From NCBI GenBank assembly GCA_963848135.1, contig CAWKCK010000005.1:558001-622000 (forward strand): a stretch of 64,000 nucleotides of DNA, given 5' to 3'. Below are positions 10,709-21,151 of the stretch, one piece after another (position 1 is the stretch's first letter; every line of letters begins with the position of its first letter). Source of the DNA: an uncultured delta proteobacterium. Its GTDB lineage: Bacteria; Desulfobacterota; Desulfobacteria; Desulfobacterales; SG8-13. A program made the position numbers and the translations under genes. Under the pieces are notes generated by a model. The model worked only from the letters and a program-made list of their open reading frames with translations. It did no database searches and was not told the origin of the DNA.

Positions 10709-11752
10709 ATGACACGATACTCCTTCCCGCCTTCCGGTCGCGACCGGGTTGCAGGGGCACTCTTTGGTTTTTTTATCGGCGATGCCTTAGCTATGCCGGC
10801 TCACTGGTACTACAATGCGACCGCCTTGCGCAAAGACTACGGGACCATAAGTGACTATCTGCGACCGCGCAATCCGCACCCTGACAGTATCCTGTGGCGC
10901 TCGAATTACACGGTTTCGGATCCCCGCTACGACATCCTTCACGATCAGGCCCGTTTCTGGGGCAAGGCCGGCGTGCACTACCATCAGTTCCTCAAAGCCG
11001 GCGAGAACACGCTCAACCTGAAACTCTGCTGCCTTTTGCTGCAGTCCTTGGAGGAAAAGGGCGGATACGACCCCGACGATTACCTCGAGCGCTATATCGA
11101 CTTCATGACGACACCCGGAAGCCATCGGGACACCTACGTCGAGGAATACCATCGATATTTTTTTCGCCGGCTGGCTGAAGGCCGATTGCCGCACAAATGC
11201 GGAGTTCAGGAAAAACATATCGGTGGTCTGGTCGGTTTGGTCCCGATCATTGTCCATTACCGGCACGATCCGCAAACAGCCGCAACGGCCGCTCAAGATC
11301 ATTTGGCCCTGACCCATCGCGGACCGCGGATGGAAGGGGCAGCCGACTTTTTAATCCGAACCCTGCTGCAGGTGCTGCAGGGAGAACCTCTTCGAGCAGT
11401 CTTGACATCAGAAATAAAAACCCAGAGAAATCCGTTTTTTGGCCACCCTTTTTCAAAGTGGCTCGACCAGCCGGATGAAATCGTCGTGGGAAGACACCTC
11501 AGCACGGCATGTTATGTAGAGGATGCGGTGCCTGCGGTGATTTACTTGGCTTATAAGTATAGCGAAAATCCCGAACGGGGGCTTGTCGTCAACACAAACC
11601 TGGGTGGCGACAATGTGCATCGGGGGGCCATTCTCGGTGCACTTCTCGGTGCTGGCAACGGCCTGGAATCCTTACCCGAGAGGTGGGTGGATGGGCTTCT
11701 GAATTCCGCGCCACTACGTCAAGTCATAACAACGCTTATGGAGCAGACATGA
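10709..11752 (+). CDS. ADP-ribosylglycohydrolase family protein, divergent
   Basis: GDALAMPAHWYY, LTH, NLGGDN..RGAILGALLGA..G...LPERW. Confidence 0.85.
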   Translation: MTRYSFPPSGRDRVAGALFGFFIGDALAMPAHWYYNATALRKDYGTISDYLRPRNPHPDSILWRSNYTVSDPRYDILHDQARFWGKAGVHYHQFLKAGENTLNLKLCCLLLQSLEEKGGYDPDDYLERYIDFMTTPGSHRDTYVEEYHRYFFRRLAEGRLPHKCGVQEKHIGGLVGLVPIIVHYRHDPQTAATAAQDHLALTHRGPRMEGAADFLIRTLLQVLQGEPLRAVLTSEIKTQRNPFFGHPFSKWLDQPDEIVVGRHLSTACYVEDAVPAVIYLAYKYSENPERGLVVNTNLGGDNVHRGAILGALLGAGNGLESLPERWVDGLLNSAPLRQVITTLMEQT

Positions 11753-12168
11753 CAAATAATATTGATGCGCTTCCCAATGAGACGTCCATACAGCAGTTGA
11801 CCAAAATCGCAATCACCTCCGAAATCGGTGCTATCGATCACCTACCGCAGGAGGTCATCGAACGTATCTGGAACATATACCAAGACTTCATACCGGTTTA
11901 CTTAGAGATGATTCGGATTAGAGATAATCATCCCGCGGATTGGCGACCAACGAATCTATCGATAGACACTGAAATGGTGGAAGATATGCTCCATTTTTTC
12001 TCGGATTACCAGCACATCACCCGTGCGTTCAAACGACTCAACCGGCAGGTAAAAATCCTTTCCACTCTGGACAGAAAATCGGATCAACGCCGTTACGAGG
12101 AATGGATGAATAAAATCCTGTCCGGTGAACGAAGCGATTCGCTTTTCGATTCAATCATCGGCCGGTAG
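11749..12168 (+). CDS. Hypothetical protein
   Basis: GGAG RBS; ATGA overlap with upstream stop; 139 aa. Confidence 0.7.
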   Translation: MTNNIDALPNETSIQQLTKIAITSEIGAIDHLPQEVIERIWNIYQDFIPVYLEMIRIRDNHPADWRPTNLSIDTEMVEDMLHFFSDYQHITRAFKRLNRQVKILSTLDRKSDQRRYEEWMNKILSGERSDSLFDSIIGR

Positions 12169-12229
12169 CACGTTTATATCCGGTATCCCTCAGCAGATCT
12201 CTCTCTGCGGACAGATCGAACCAGCTGTG

Positions 12230-13260
12230 ATGGCAACGGTAACAATAAACGACATTCTTCAACTTACCCCGAAGGGCCTCTATTGCAGCGAGGGTGATTT
12301 TTACATCGACCCTCGGCAGCCGGTGGAAAAAGCCGTTATTACCCACGCACACGCGGATCATGCCCGATGGGGCAGTCGACATTACTTGTGCGCGACAGAA
12401 GGAAAAGCGTCTTGCAGTCACGGCTTGGCGGCAATGCCTCCATTGAGACGGTGAATTACGGGGAAGTAAAAACCATGAACGCGATTGCTCTTTCCTTGCA
12501 TCCGGCCGGTCATATTCTGGGTTCGGCCCAGGTGAGAATCGAACGGAACGGCCAAGTTGTGGTGGTATCGGGTGACTACAAGACCGCGCCGGATCCGACC
12601 TGCGCCCCGTTGGAGCCAATTCGCTGCCATGCTTTCATAACCGAATCGACCTTCGGGCTGCCGATTTTCCGGTGGCCGTGCCACGAAGAAAGTACCTTTC
12701 AGACATCAATTCATGGTGGCGCACGAAATCAGGAAGAGGCCGCACCAGCATTCTCTTCGCATATGCCCTGGGCAAGGCGCAGCGGATTATCGCCAGTTTG
12801 GATGCAACCATCGGACCGATTCTAACCCACGGTGCCATCGAAAAATTCAATCCGTGCTACCGCAATGCCGGTGATCAAACTGCCGCCCACCCTGCACGTT
12901 GGTGCAGTTGAAAACAAAAAATTTTAGAAAGCCCTGGTTATCGCTCCGCCGTCGGCCGACAACCCCAATTGGATGCGCAGATTTCCGGACCGGGTCCGGG
13001 CATTTGCATCAGGTTGGATGCGCATCAGGGGAAACCGCCGCCGCAGATCTGTCGATCGAGGTTTCGTTATCTCGGACCACAGCGACTGGGATGGTCTGGT
13101 TCAAACAATCAAAGCGACGACTGCGGAAAAAATTTTGGTCACCCACGGCTATGCAGCTGAGATGGCTCGCTGGCTAAATGAAAATGGATACTCGGCCGAA
13201 GTCCTACCGACGGAGTCCCGCGGCGAAGCAGACCCAATGGCGGGAGAAACGGAATCATGA
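12230..13260 (+). CDS. Ligase-associated DNA damage response exonuclease (MBL/beta-CASP-like), several frameshifts
   Basis: ITHAHADH, PAGHILGS, SGDYK, ITESTFGLP, YALGKAQR, FASGWM, SDHSDW, THG in order across four or more frame segments. Confidence 0.9.
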
Positions 13261-14846
13261 AGGCCTTCGCCGATCTGTATCGCTGGCTGGATGATACCAC
13301 CAGCACCAATCGTAAAATCGATGCGATGGTAGCATACTTCAGCGCGGCAACCCCCGAGGATGCCATCTGGGCGATCCGCTTTCTCATTGGACGCAAGCCC
13401 CGCCAAGTGGTCCCAACCCGTAAATTGATGGAATGGGCAGCGGAATTAGCCGGCGTTTCAAACTGGCTTTTCGAAGCGTCATACGATGTCGTCGGGGACC
13501 TGGCTGAAACCATTACGCTTCTGCTGCCGAAACCTTCCGCTATCGAGCAATCGTTCTCTTCACCATTTGGGTAGAAAAACACTTGCTGCCGCTTCGAGGA
13601 TCAGATCCGGAGAAGCAAAAAAAAGTTGTTTTAGCAGCATGGAGTGGGATGAACGTACGGCCAGCGCTTTGTGTGGAACAAATTGATCACCGGTGGTTTC
13701 CGGGTCGGTGTCTCCCAGCGGTTGGTCGTTCGCGCTCTGGCGCAATTCAGCAATATCGACACGGCCGCCATTTCCCATCGTCTGATGGGAGATTGGCCTC
13801 CCACAGCGGATTACTACCGGCAGATCCTTTCTTCGAACACCCACGATACCGATATTAGCCGGCCTTACCCATTCTACTTGTGCTACCCGCTGGAAGGACA
13901 TCCGGAAAACCTCGGTCCCCTCGAAGATTGGCAAATCGAGTGGAAATGGGATGGTATCCGCGGGCAAACGATCAAGCGCCACGGGCAGGTTTTCATCTGG
14001 TCCCGGGGTGAAGAATTGGTGACTGATAAATACCCGGAATTAAGGAGCGGGCTGTCCTCGCTGCCGGACGGTACGGTTATTGATGGAGAAATTCTACCCT
14101 GGAATATGGGGCGGCCATTGCCGTTCTCTGAACTGCAACGCAGGATCGGCCGTAAATCCATTGGTAAGAAACTGTTGCGGGATGTACCGGTGGTTTTTAT
14201 CGCCTATGACCTGTTGGAAAAGGCTGGCCAGGATATCCGACAAACCGCTCTCGAAGACCGACGTGCCGCACTTTCCGAGGTACTTGCCCCCATGGCCGAC
14301 GATCGGTTGCTTGTCTCACCGGATGTTGTCGCCGGAAACTGGAAAGAACTCGCTACCCTGCAGCAGGAATCTCGCAACCGGGGTGTCGAGGGCTTTATGT
14401 TGAAGCGGTTGGGATCAGTATATACGATCGGTCGACGGCGCGGTAACTGGTGGAAATGGAAGGTCACGCCAATGACCGTGGATGCCGTACTGATTTACGC
14501 CCAGAGGGGGCATGGCCGCCGGGCCGGTCTCTATACCGATTACACCTTTGCCGTGCATCAGGGCGACGGTCTGGTGCCGTTTGCCAGAGCGTACTCTGGA
14601 TTGACCGATGCCGAGATTCGCCAGGTGGATCGTTTTATCCAGCGCAACACGATTGAACGGTTTGGGCCGGTAAGAGCGGTCACAGCCCGTCTGGTTTTCG
14701 AAATTGCCTTCGACGGGATTCAGAAATCGAACCGGCACAAGTCCGGTGTCGCCGTTCGCTTTCCCCGCATCGCCCGCTGGCGGCAGGACAAAACCGTGGA
14801 AGAAGCGGACAGCATTGACACTCTGAGCGCCCTACTGCCTGAGTAA
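13257..14846 (+). CDS. ATP-dependent DNA ligase (frameshifts near 13560 and 13665)
   Basis: VGDLAET, EWKWDGIR (KxDG), DGE, EGFMLK, WWKWK, VRFPR motifs. Confidence 0.93.
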
Positions 14847-14958
14847 AGATAAAAAGAACCCTTACTGGCAATCAGATGATTTGCCTCAATCCACATGAAC
14901 GGATGTATCCTGATTGCCACTCACCAAGTCACCGAAATTATCGACGTGACGGGTACGA

Positions 14959-16032
14959 TCATGGAAGCGGCTCATCGGTATACGCCGCGTTGGCCTCTTC
15001 CGAGGCGTAGAGATGGAGCTCCTTACCCTGTTTGATATCTTCCACCCAATCCGGATTCAGTAGAATTGACTTGGCGCTCAGAATGATGTCGGCATCTGCA
15101 AGGGCATCATCAGCGCTGGCTCGGTCGTATATCTTACCGCATATCATCAGGGGGAGTTTTGTAACGGCGCGGGTGACCTGAGCCATGTTTTGCTGCGTAC
15201 CGAAGGCTTTGTCGCTGTAACCGTATGTGGAAACAGATATGGCATCGATTGGCTCGTGGTCGAGCATCCTGATGACCTGCTGGTATTCGTCCTTTGTTCC
15301 AAAAAGTGACACCTGCGGATCGGCAACACCCCAATCTGAAATTCTGAAGGTCAGCAATCGATCTTCGGGAACGACCTTTCGGACGGCCTGGATGACTTCA
15401 TGGGCAAACCGGAACCGGTTTTCGACCGAACCGCCATAACCGTCTTTGCGCCGATTCGAATAAGATGACAAAAAGTTGCAAATCAGGTAGCCATGCGCAC
15501 CATGGATTTCGATCCCATCGAATCCGGCCGCCACCGCCCCGCGAGCCGTTTCGACAAATCCTTGAACAGTATGATCGATATCGAACCGGCTCATTTCATC
15601 CGGTACAGGATACGGTTGACCGGTCAGCGGGTTATCCTGTTCGGGCGTTATCGGACTGGGTGCGATCACCCGACCGGCCGGGTTGATTTCCGGCCATGCC
15701 ATGCGACCGCAGTGAAACATCTGCATGATGGCAACAGCGCCCTCTTTTTGGATTGCGGCGACAACCGGCCGCCAGGCATCGATCTGGCGCTGGGTCAAAA
15801 GACGCGCTTGCCCCGGATATCCCTGGGCACTTTCGTAGTCGGTCACAATCGCCTCGGTGTAAACGATCGCAGCACCCCTTCGGGCTCTGCGAACGAGGAA
15901 CTCAAGGACGTCCGCGCGTGGTATGCTATCCTCTTTTGAAGACATTCGGGTCATGGGCGCAACCCCGATACGGTTTTTAAGGGTAAACTGGTTGATCGTA
16001 AATGGCGTAAAAAGTTTGTCTGGCGGCATCAA
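14959..16032 (-). CDS. NADH:flavin oxidoreductase (Old Yellow Enzyme family)
   Basis: LKNRIGVAPMTR and AGFDGIEIHGAHGYL. Confidence 0.92.
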   Translation of the reverse strand: MMPPDKLFTPFTINQFTLKNRIGVAPMTRMSSKEDSIPRADVLEFLVRRARRGAAIVYTEAIVTDYESAQGYPGQARLLTQRQIDAWRPVVAAIQKEGAVAIMQMFHCGRMAWPEINPAGRVIAPSPITPEQDNPLTGQPYPVPDEMSRFDIDHTVQGFVETARGAVAAGFDGIEIHGAHGYLICNFLSSYSNRRKDGYGGSVENRFRFAHEVIQAVRKVVPEDRLLTFRISDWGVADPQVSLFGTKDEYQQVIRMLDHEPIDAISVSTYGYSDKAFGTQQNMAQVTRAVTKLPLMICGKIYDRASADDALADADIILSAKSILLNPDWVEDIKQGKELHLYASEEANAAYTDEPLP

Positions 16033-16425
16033 ATGATCTCCTTTCTTGGGTGGAAAAATAGATGAATTGTAGAATTTGATTAAATAGTAAATTTAGTACT
16101 CGATATGATAAACGCAATATTGGTTTTTAGAGGTGACTATAAGGGGTAAAATTACCACCTATAATTTAGGATTACAGAAAAACATCGCATACACAGTCGG
16201 TGATTGCGTTACGCTGGGTCATACATAAGCTGATGACAACAGACCGCTCCGAGAGACACTCTTTATAATGTTGCAAATAAGTGTTCCTAAGCTTATTAAA
16301 TACAAATAAAAGTTGCATATTTAATATTTTATTACTATAGAAGGTAAGTCTCATCTATAATTTAGATAATATAAATGTTGCTTTAAGTCATTAAAATATA
16401 TTTATTGTTACAATAAAGATATGTT

Positions 16426-16743
16426 ATGAATTTAACTATGCTTAACAATCAGGCAGTACTGACAGAAATCGGTCAACGCGTTCGCAGAGAACGGCTAAAT
16501 CAGAATACGACCCAGGCAAAACTGGCTCAATTCGCCGGTGTATCGCGTCGTGTGATACTCGATTTGGAGGCTGGCAAAGGGTGCGGTCTCAGCTCTTTTA
16601 TCGAAATCCTCCGTGCTCTTCGTAAACTCGACCAACTGGATTCCCTCTTGCCCGATCCGGGTATAAGCCCCCTTCAGCTGGCAAAATTAAAGGGCAAGGC
16701 GCGACAGAGGGCAACCGGCCGCCGTGCCGGAAACAAAGGATAA
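16426..16743 (+). CDS. XRE/HTH protein, probable HipB-type antitoxin
   Basis: TQAKLAQFAGVSRRVILDLEAG HTH; immediately upstream of hipA. Confidence 0.85.
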   Translation: MNLTMLNNQAVLTEIGQRVRRERLNQNTTQAKLAQFAGVSRRVILDLEAGKGCGLSSFIEILRALRKLDQLDSLLPDPGISPLQLAKLKGKARQRATGRRAGNKG

Positions 16744-16750
16744 TCGCCAC

Positions 16751-18040
16751 ATGCCCGTATCTGTTGCCGAGGTCAAACTTTGGGGAGAATCGGTCGGTGC
16801 CGTGGCCTGGAATGACGATCAGGGTTTCGCCGCATTTGAGTACGACCCCGCATTCCTGCGCAACCAGTTGGCGGTTGCGCCGCTCACGGTACCGTTGCGT
16901 CCGGCGATCTATACTTTCCCGGAATTGAACCGAAAAACATTCTATGGACTGCCGGGCCTGCTGGCCGATTCGTTGCCCGATCGATACGGCACGGTTCTTA
17001 TCGAAACCTGGCTTCTCAAACAGGGGCGTTCCCTCGAAGATTTCAACCCTGTCGAACGACTCTGCTACATGGGAAGCCGCGGCATGGGCGCCCTTGAGTT
17101 TGAACCCGCCCTTGTGTCGCAGCAAAAATCGGTCCGCCTGGAGGTATCCGAACTGGTCGAGCTTGCCGGCAAGATTCTTTCGGAAAGAAAGAATCTTTTT
17201 GTGAACCTGACCGACCACGAATCAACCGCCCTGGACACGATCTTTCGTGTAGGGACATCCGCCGGTGGGGCACGGGCCAAAGCCGTTATTGCATGGAATC
17301 CGACGACCGGAGAGGTCAGATCCGGCCAGGTCCCCGCCCCCAAAGACTATGAATACTGGATTTTGAAGTTTGACGGTGTGAACCAGGACACGCTCGGGGA
17401 TCCTGAGGGCTACGGCAGAATAGAATACGCTTACCACCGGATGGCAACAACCGCGGGCATAGATATGACCGAATGCCGGTTGATGGAGGAAGGCGGGCGG
17501 GCGCATTTCATGACGCGCCGGTTCGACCGAACACGCACAGACGAGAAGATCCACATGCAATCCCTCTGTGCCATTGGGCACTATGACTTCAACCAACCCG
17601 GACGCTACAGTTATGAAACCGCCATGTCTACCTGTCAACAGTTGAATCTGGGACAAGCCACGGTTGCGCAACTCTACCGCAGAATGGTCTTCAATGTTGT
17701 CGCCCGCAATCAGGATGACCATACGCGCAATATCGCTTTTCTCATGGATCGGGAAGGGCAATGGCATCTGGCACCGGCCTTCGATGTCATCTGGAGCTAC
17801 AACTCGCAGGGAAAATGGACCAACCGTCACCAGATGACGATCAACGGAAAAACGGACGGAATCGCGCAGCAGGACCTTATCGCAGTGGCAAAACACTACA
17901 ACATAAAAAAGCCTTTTGAGATTCTGGCAGCCGTTGGATCGGCTGTGCGCCGGTGGCCCGAGTTCGCCGATGAGGCAGGCGTAGCGCCGGAGCGGATCTC
18001 GACGGTCTCGGCCACGCACCGATTAAACCTGATACCATGA
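16751..18040 (+). CDS. hipA: HipA-family kinase toxin
   Basis: DSLPD, GTSAGGARAK, RFDR, NQDDHTRN, LAPAFD motifs. Confidence 0.92.
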   Translation: MPVSVAEVKLWGESVGAVAWNDDQGFAAFEYDPAFLRNQLAVAPLTVPLRPAIYTFPELNRKTFYGLPGLLADSLPDRYGTVLIETWLLKQGRSLEDFNPVERLCYMGSRGMGALEFEPALVSQQKSVRLEVSELVELAGKILSERKNLFVNLTDHESTALDTIFRVGTSAGGARAKAVIAWNPTTGEVRSGQVPAPKDYEYWILKFDGVNQDTLGDPEGYGRIEYAYHRMATTAGIDMTECRLMEEGGRAHFMTRRFDRTRTDEKIHMQSLCAIGHYDFNQPGRYSYETAMSTCQQLNLGQATVAQLYRRMVFNVVARNQDDHTRNIAFLMDREGQWHLAPAFDVIWSYNSQGKWTNRHQMTINGKTDGIAQQDLIAVAKHYNIKKPFEILAAVGSAVRRWPEFADEAGVAPERISTVSATHRLNLIP

Positions 18041-18064
18041 AGCAAATGCTTGCGATACGATTGT

Positions 18065-19288
18065 TTACCGACTTCGGCGCTCTTGCGCATACCCCATCAT
18101 GCTCCAGGCGAAAAACAGTAGGAACGGGAAGTTAATCACGGAAGTGAGCAGAAAACCCCTGGAAAAGCCCACAGCCTCGATCAGCGGCCCCAAGCCGATG
18201 GAGCCCGCCATTAGACCGAAATAAATGCAGGTGTTATATCCCCCCATGGCCAGTCCCCGGAATCGGGGCGCCACGGTCTCGGCGATGAGGGCGCCGATGG
18301 AGGTAAAGGCGATGGCCATACTCACCCCTGAAACGAATGCGGCAGCGATGAAATGCAAAAAAGTTCTGGCCGGAGCGAATCCGGCAATCGACAGGGTCAC
18401 CATCAGGAAACCAACCAAGGCCTGGTATTTACGTTGGCCGGCACGATCGCTGAAAAAGCCGAAGGGAATGCGTGACAGTGCGTTGGTTACCGAGTGGACC
18501 AGAAAAACGATGCCGATCTGCCCAACATCCAAGCCCTGGTTGTCTGCATAAAGAGGCAAAAAAGTGAAAAACATCCCGGCGATGACGCAGGCACTGAAGG
18601 CGGATACCCAACAGCCGATTAATGGCCAATTGGTGTAGATTTTACTAATATCCTCCCGCCAGCGGCCCTTGCCCTTGTGCCCATCGGCACCTGACGCCAG
18701 GGCCGGGAAGTAACGCAACAGCAGCCAGATATTGATGACAACGAAACCAGCGGCGATCAAGAATACCGGACGAAAGCCCAGCCACTTGCCGATGACCCCG
18801 CCGGCGGCGGGGCCCATACCCAATCCGCAAAACAGCGCAGTGGTGTACCACCCATAGGCGCGTCCCATGTGAGTGGGGGGTGTAATTTCCGCAACCAGAG
18901 ACATCATTGTGGGCCCGAATGCGGCAATGCCTGCCCCCAGGAGGAGATAGACCCCTGCCAGTTGAACATATGACCGCCCGAAATACAGCAGAAGCATGCC
19001 GCCAAAAAGGATAAACGATCCGGTGATGGCCAACTGCTTGCGCCCGAACAGGTCGGATAAAATCCCCGAAGGCAGGGACAAAAGTCCCGCCATCAGGTAA
19101 AAAGCCGCATTTATGACGCCGATCTGCGCGGTGGTTATCCCGAAATTACGGGCATACAACGGCACCACGGGCAACCGCATGGAAACCGCGAAATAGCATC
19201 CGAAAGTGACCAGACAGCACATGAAAAGCAACATGGCAAAGGCTCGCCGATCCATCCCGTTTTTTTCCTGAATCATTCCGTTCTTCAA
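18065..19288 (-). CDS. MFS transporter
   Basis: About 12 hydrophobic segments; GILSDLFGRK motif A. Confidence 0.9.
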   Translation of the reverse strand: MKNGMIQEKNGMDRRAFAMLLFMCCLVTFGCYFAVSMRLPVVPLYARNFGITTAQIGVINAAFYLMAGLLSLPSGILSDLFGRKQLAITGSFILFGGMLLLYFGRSYVQLAGVYLLLGAGIAAFGPTMMSLVAEITPPTHMGRAYGWYTTALFCGLGMGPAAGGVIGKWLGFRPVFLIAAGFVVINIWLLLRYFPALASGADGHKGKGRWREDISKIYTNWPLIGCWVSAFSACVIAGMFFTFLPLYADNQGLDVGQIGIVFLVHSVTNALSRIPFGFFSDRAGQRKYQALVGFLMVTLSIAGFAPARTFLHFIAAAFVSGVSMAIAFTSIGALIAETVAPRFRGLAMGGYNTCIYFGLMAGSIGLGPLIEAVGFSRGFLLTSVINFPFLLFFAWSMMGYAQERRSR

Positions 19289-19612
19289 TTAATTGAGACC
19301 TTCCGCTGCCGGCCCATTTTCAAGAACAACTCACCATTACTTGAACGCAACCCCCGGTGTTTGATTTTCGACATTCCAAGCAGATTCTCGTTCGGTGTGC
19401 AACCATTTTGTGATCATTCTCAATTGGTTGATGCCACTCATCGAGGGTCAAGGACATAAATGGTCTCAGATCACCTTGATTGGTTCTCGATACTGTGATT
19501 AATTACAGACAGGATCGGCTGGCAACAAATAGCACAGATCTCGATGAAAAAGGTATTCGATGTCACGCATAAATCACAATCTCATTATTCCTCAGAAAGA
19601 AAGGGGGTTAAT

Positions 19613-20188
19613 TTGGGTAAATTCAGAGAAAGTCAAACGGCGAAAAATCTACTGACATCATTTGCAGGTGAATCCCAGGCCCGGAATCGATACACCTATT
19701 TTGCGCGCCGGGCCCGAGATGAAGGCTACATACAAATAGCCGACATTTTTGAAGAAACCGCCAACCATGAATGCGAGCATGCCTTGCGATTCTTTAAGTT
19801 TTTCAACGGTGGCGAAATGGAGATTACCTGGAAATTTCCAACCGGGGTCGTCGAAAGCACCTATAAAAATCTCATACATGCTGCTGATGGTGAACAGTAC
19901 GAGCACACCACAATGTATCCGGGATTTGCCGAAGTCGCCCGGGATGAAGGGTTTCAACGAGCTGCCGACACATGGGATGCCATCAGTGTTTCTGAACGGC
20001 AACACGAAAAACGCTACCGTGAACTGGCTCACAATATATCCACTGGCAGCGTCTTTACCCGCAGCGAGGTCAAGGTTTGGCGCTGTCGAAACTGCGGTTA
20101 CCTCCATCAAGACAAAGAGGCTCCCGATAAGTGCCCGGCCTGCGTCAAACCGCAAGGGTCTTTCGAGCTGCTGGGTGAGAATTGGTGA
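19613..20188 (+). CDS. rbr: Rubrerythrin
   Basis: FAGESQARNRY, E..H diiron motifs, WRCRNCG..CPAC; likely TTG start after AAGGGGG. Confidence 0.93.
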   Translation: MGKFRESQTAKNLLTSFAGESQARNRYTYFARRARDEGYIQIADIFEETANHECEHALRFFKFFNGGEMEITWKFPTGVVESTYKNLIHAADGEQYEHTTMYPGFAEVARDEGFQRAADTWDAISVSERQHEKRYRELAHNISTGSVFTRSEVKVWRCRNCGYLHQDKEAPDKCPACVKPQGSFELLGENW

Positions 20189-20286
20189 AGATTTAAAATT
20201 GTCTGCAGGACGGATATTAGCCGATCGATGACATACTTTTTCCCAGCTCTGCTGGAAAAATATATTCATGGATGGTCAGTATAGAC

Positions 20287-20334
20287 TTGACGGGCCATGA
20301 CGGAACGGCTATATATGAGCATATGCTCATATAT
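20287..20334 (+). promoter_or_regulatory. Sigma-70-like promoter overlapped by a perfect 24-bp palindromic operator
   Basis: TTGACG-17-TATATA; ATATATGAGCATATGCTCATATAT at 20311-20334. Confidence 0.7.
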
Positions 20335-20421
20335 GCAACCTATTAATGTCGCAAACCGTTCATCTCTAAAGCAACGACTCTTTTGGAAACCCAAGAAAAA
20401 TGCAGCGATGGGAGGTAAATC

Positions 20422-20766
20422 ATGGAAAAGGTCGCCGTTGTTGGTTGTGGCGCATACATGGAAAGCGGTTACGGATGCCCGGGAGAATGGCGCTGCCTGA
20501 AAGCAGCATCTCTGGGAGAGGGAAATTTCGAAGAAAAGTCCCAGGTGGTCTCTTTCGTTAAGTGCGAATGCCCGGGAAGGGCCTTGGTACCGACGGTGGG
20601 AATGGCTATGAAGCTGTCGGAAATAAAGCCCGATAAAATTTACCTGAGTTCCTGTCTCGTTAATGCCAAGCCGGATTGTCCCTACTCAAGTGCCGATCAG
20701 ATGGCAACCATCATTTCCAAAAATTTCGGCATCGAGGTTGTCAAAGGTACCCACGACTACCACTAG
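20422..20766 (+). CDS. CGGC-domain putative metal-binding protein
   Basis: C..CPG..C, CECPG, SSC..CP, GTH pattern; GGAGG RBS. Confidence 0.85.
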   Translation: MEKVAVVGCGAYMESGYGCPGEWRCLKAASLGEGNFEEKSQVVSFVKCECPGRALVPTVGMAMKLSEIKPDKIYLSSCLVNAKPDCPYSSADQMATIISKNFGIEVVKGTHDYH

Positions 20767-20784
20767 TTGCCCTTTGATGGATCG

Positions 20785-20817
20785 AAAAAGGCAGAGTCTC
20801 GAAAGACTCTGCCTATT
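20785..20817. terminator. Intrinsic terminator hairpin between convergent genes
   Basis: AGGCAGAGTCT-cgaa-AGACTCTGCCT with an A run on the left. Confidence 0.75.
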
Positions 20818-20866
20818 GGGTGCAATGGTGAAATTTAATGCCTCTTTAAGACTCTGCCGTAACTAA

Positions 20867-21007
20867 TTATCCCGCAACGTCGATCCCGGGATCGCAGCCG
20901 AGATTCGGATCCGGTTTTTCGCACTCAAAATTCTTCTTGCGGGTGTCCGCGTGACCTTCTTCTCTTTCTTTTTCAGTTTCAACATAGCTTTGCTCTTTAT
21001 TAGACAT
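20867..21007 (-). CDS. 46-aa hypothetical protein
   Basis: AGGAGG RBS before MSNKEQ; TTGACC-16-TACATT upstream; terminator downstream. Confidence 0.7.
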   Translation of the reverse strand: MSNKEQSYVETEKEREEGHADTRKKNFECEKPDPNLGCDPGIDVAG

Positions 21008-21151
21008 CTTATGACCTCCTAAGGATATTTCGTTTAATCGCCTTTCCTCTGTTTTCAACTATAATGTAAGCATGCAGCCATAGAGGTCAACCTGAGCCGA
21101 ACGAGGTCATTGTGGTAGTCAAAAACTATCAGTACGATCCCAGAAACGATG

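Noticed and set aside
12230..13700. Programmed ribosomal frameshifting in the exonuclease and ligase
   Set aside because: Too many shifts, no consistent slippery site, and the same pattern appears in unrelated genes
17222..18019. Long antisense ORFs, such as 265 aa opposite hipA and 274 aa opposite the ABC ATPase
   Set aside because: Shadow frames of well-supported genes with no motifs
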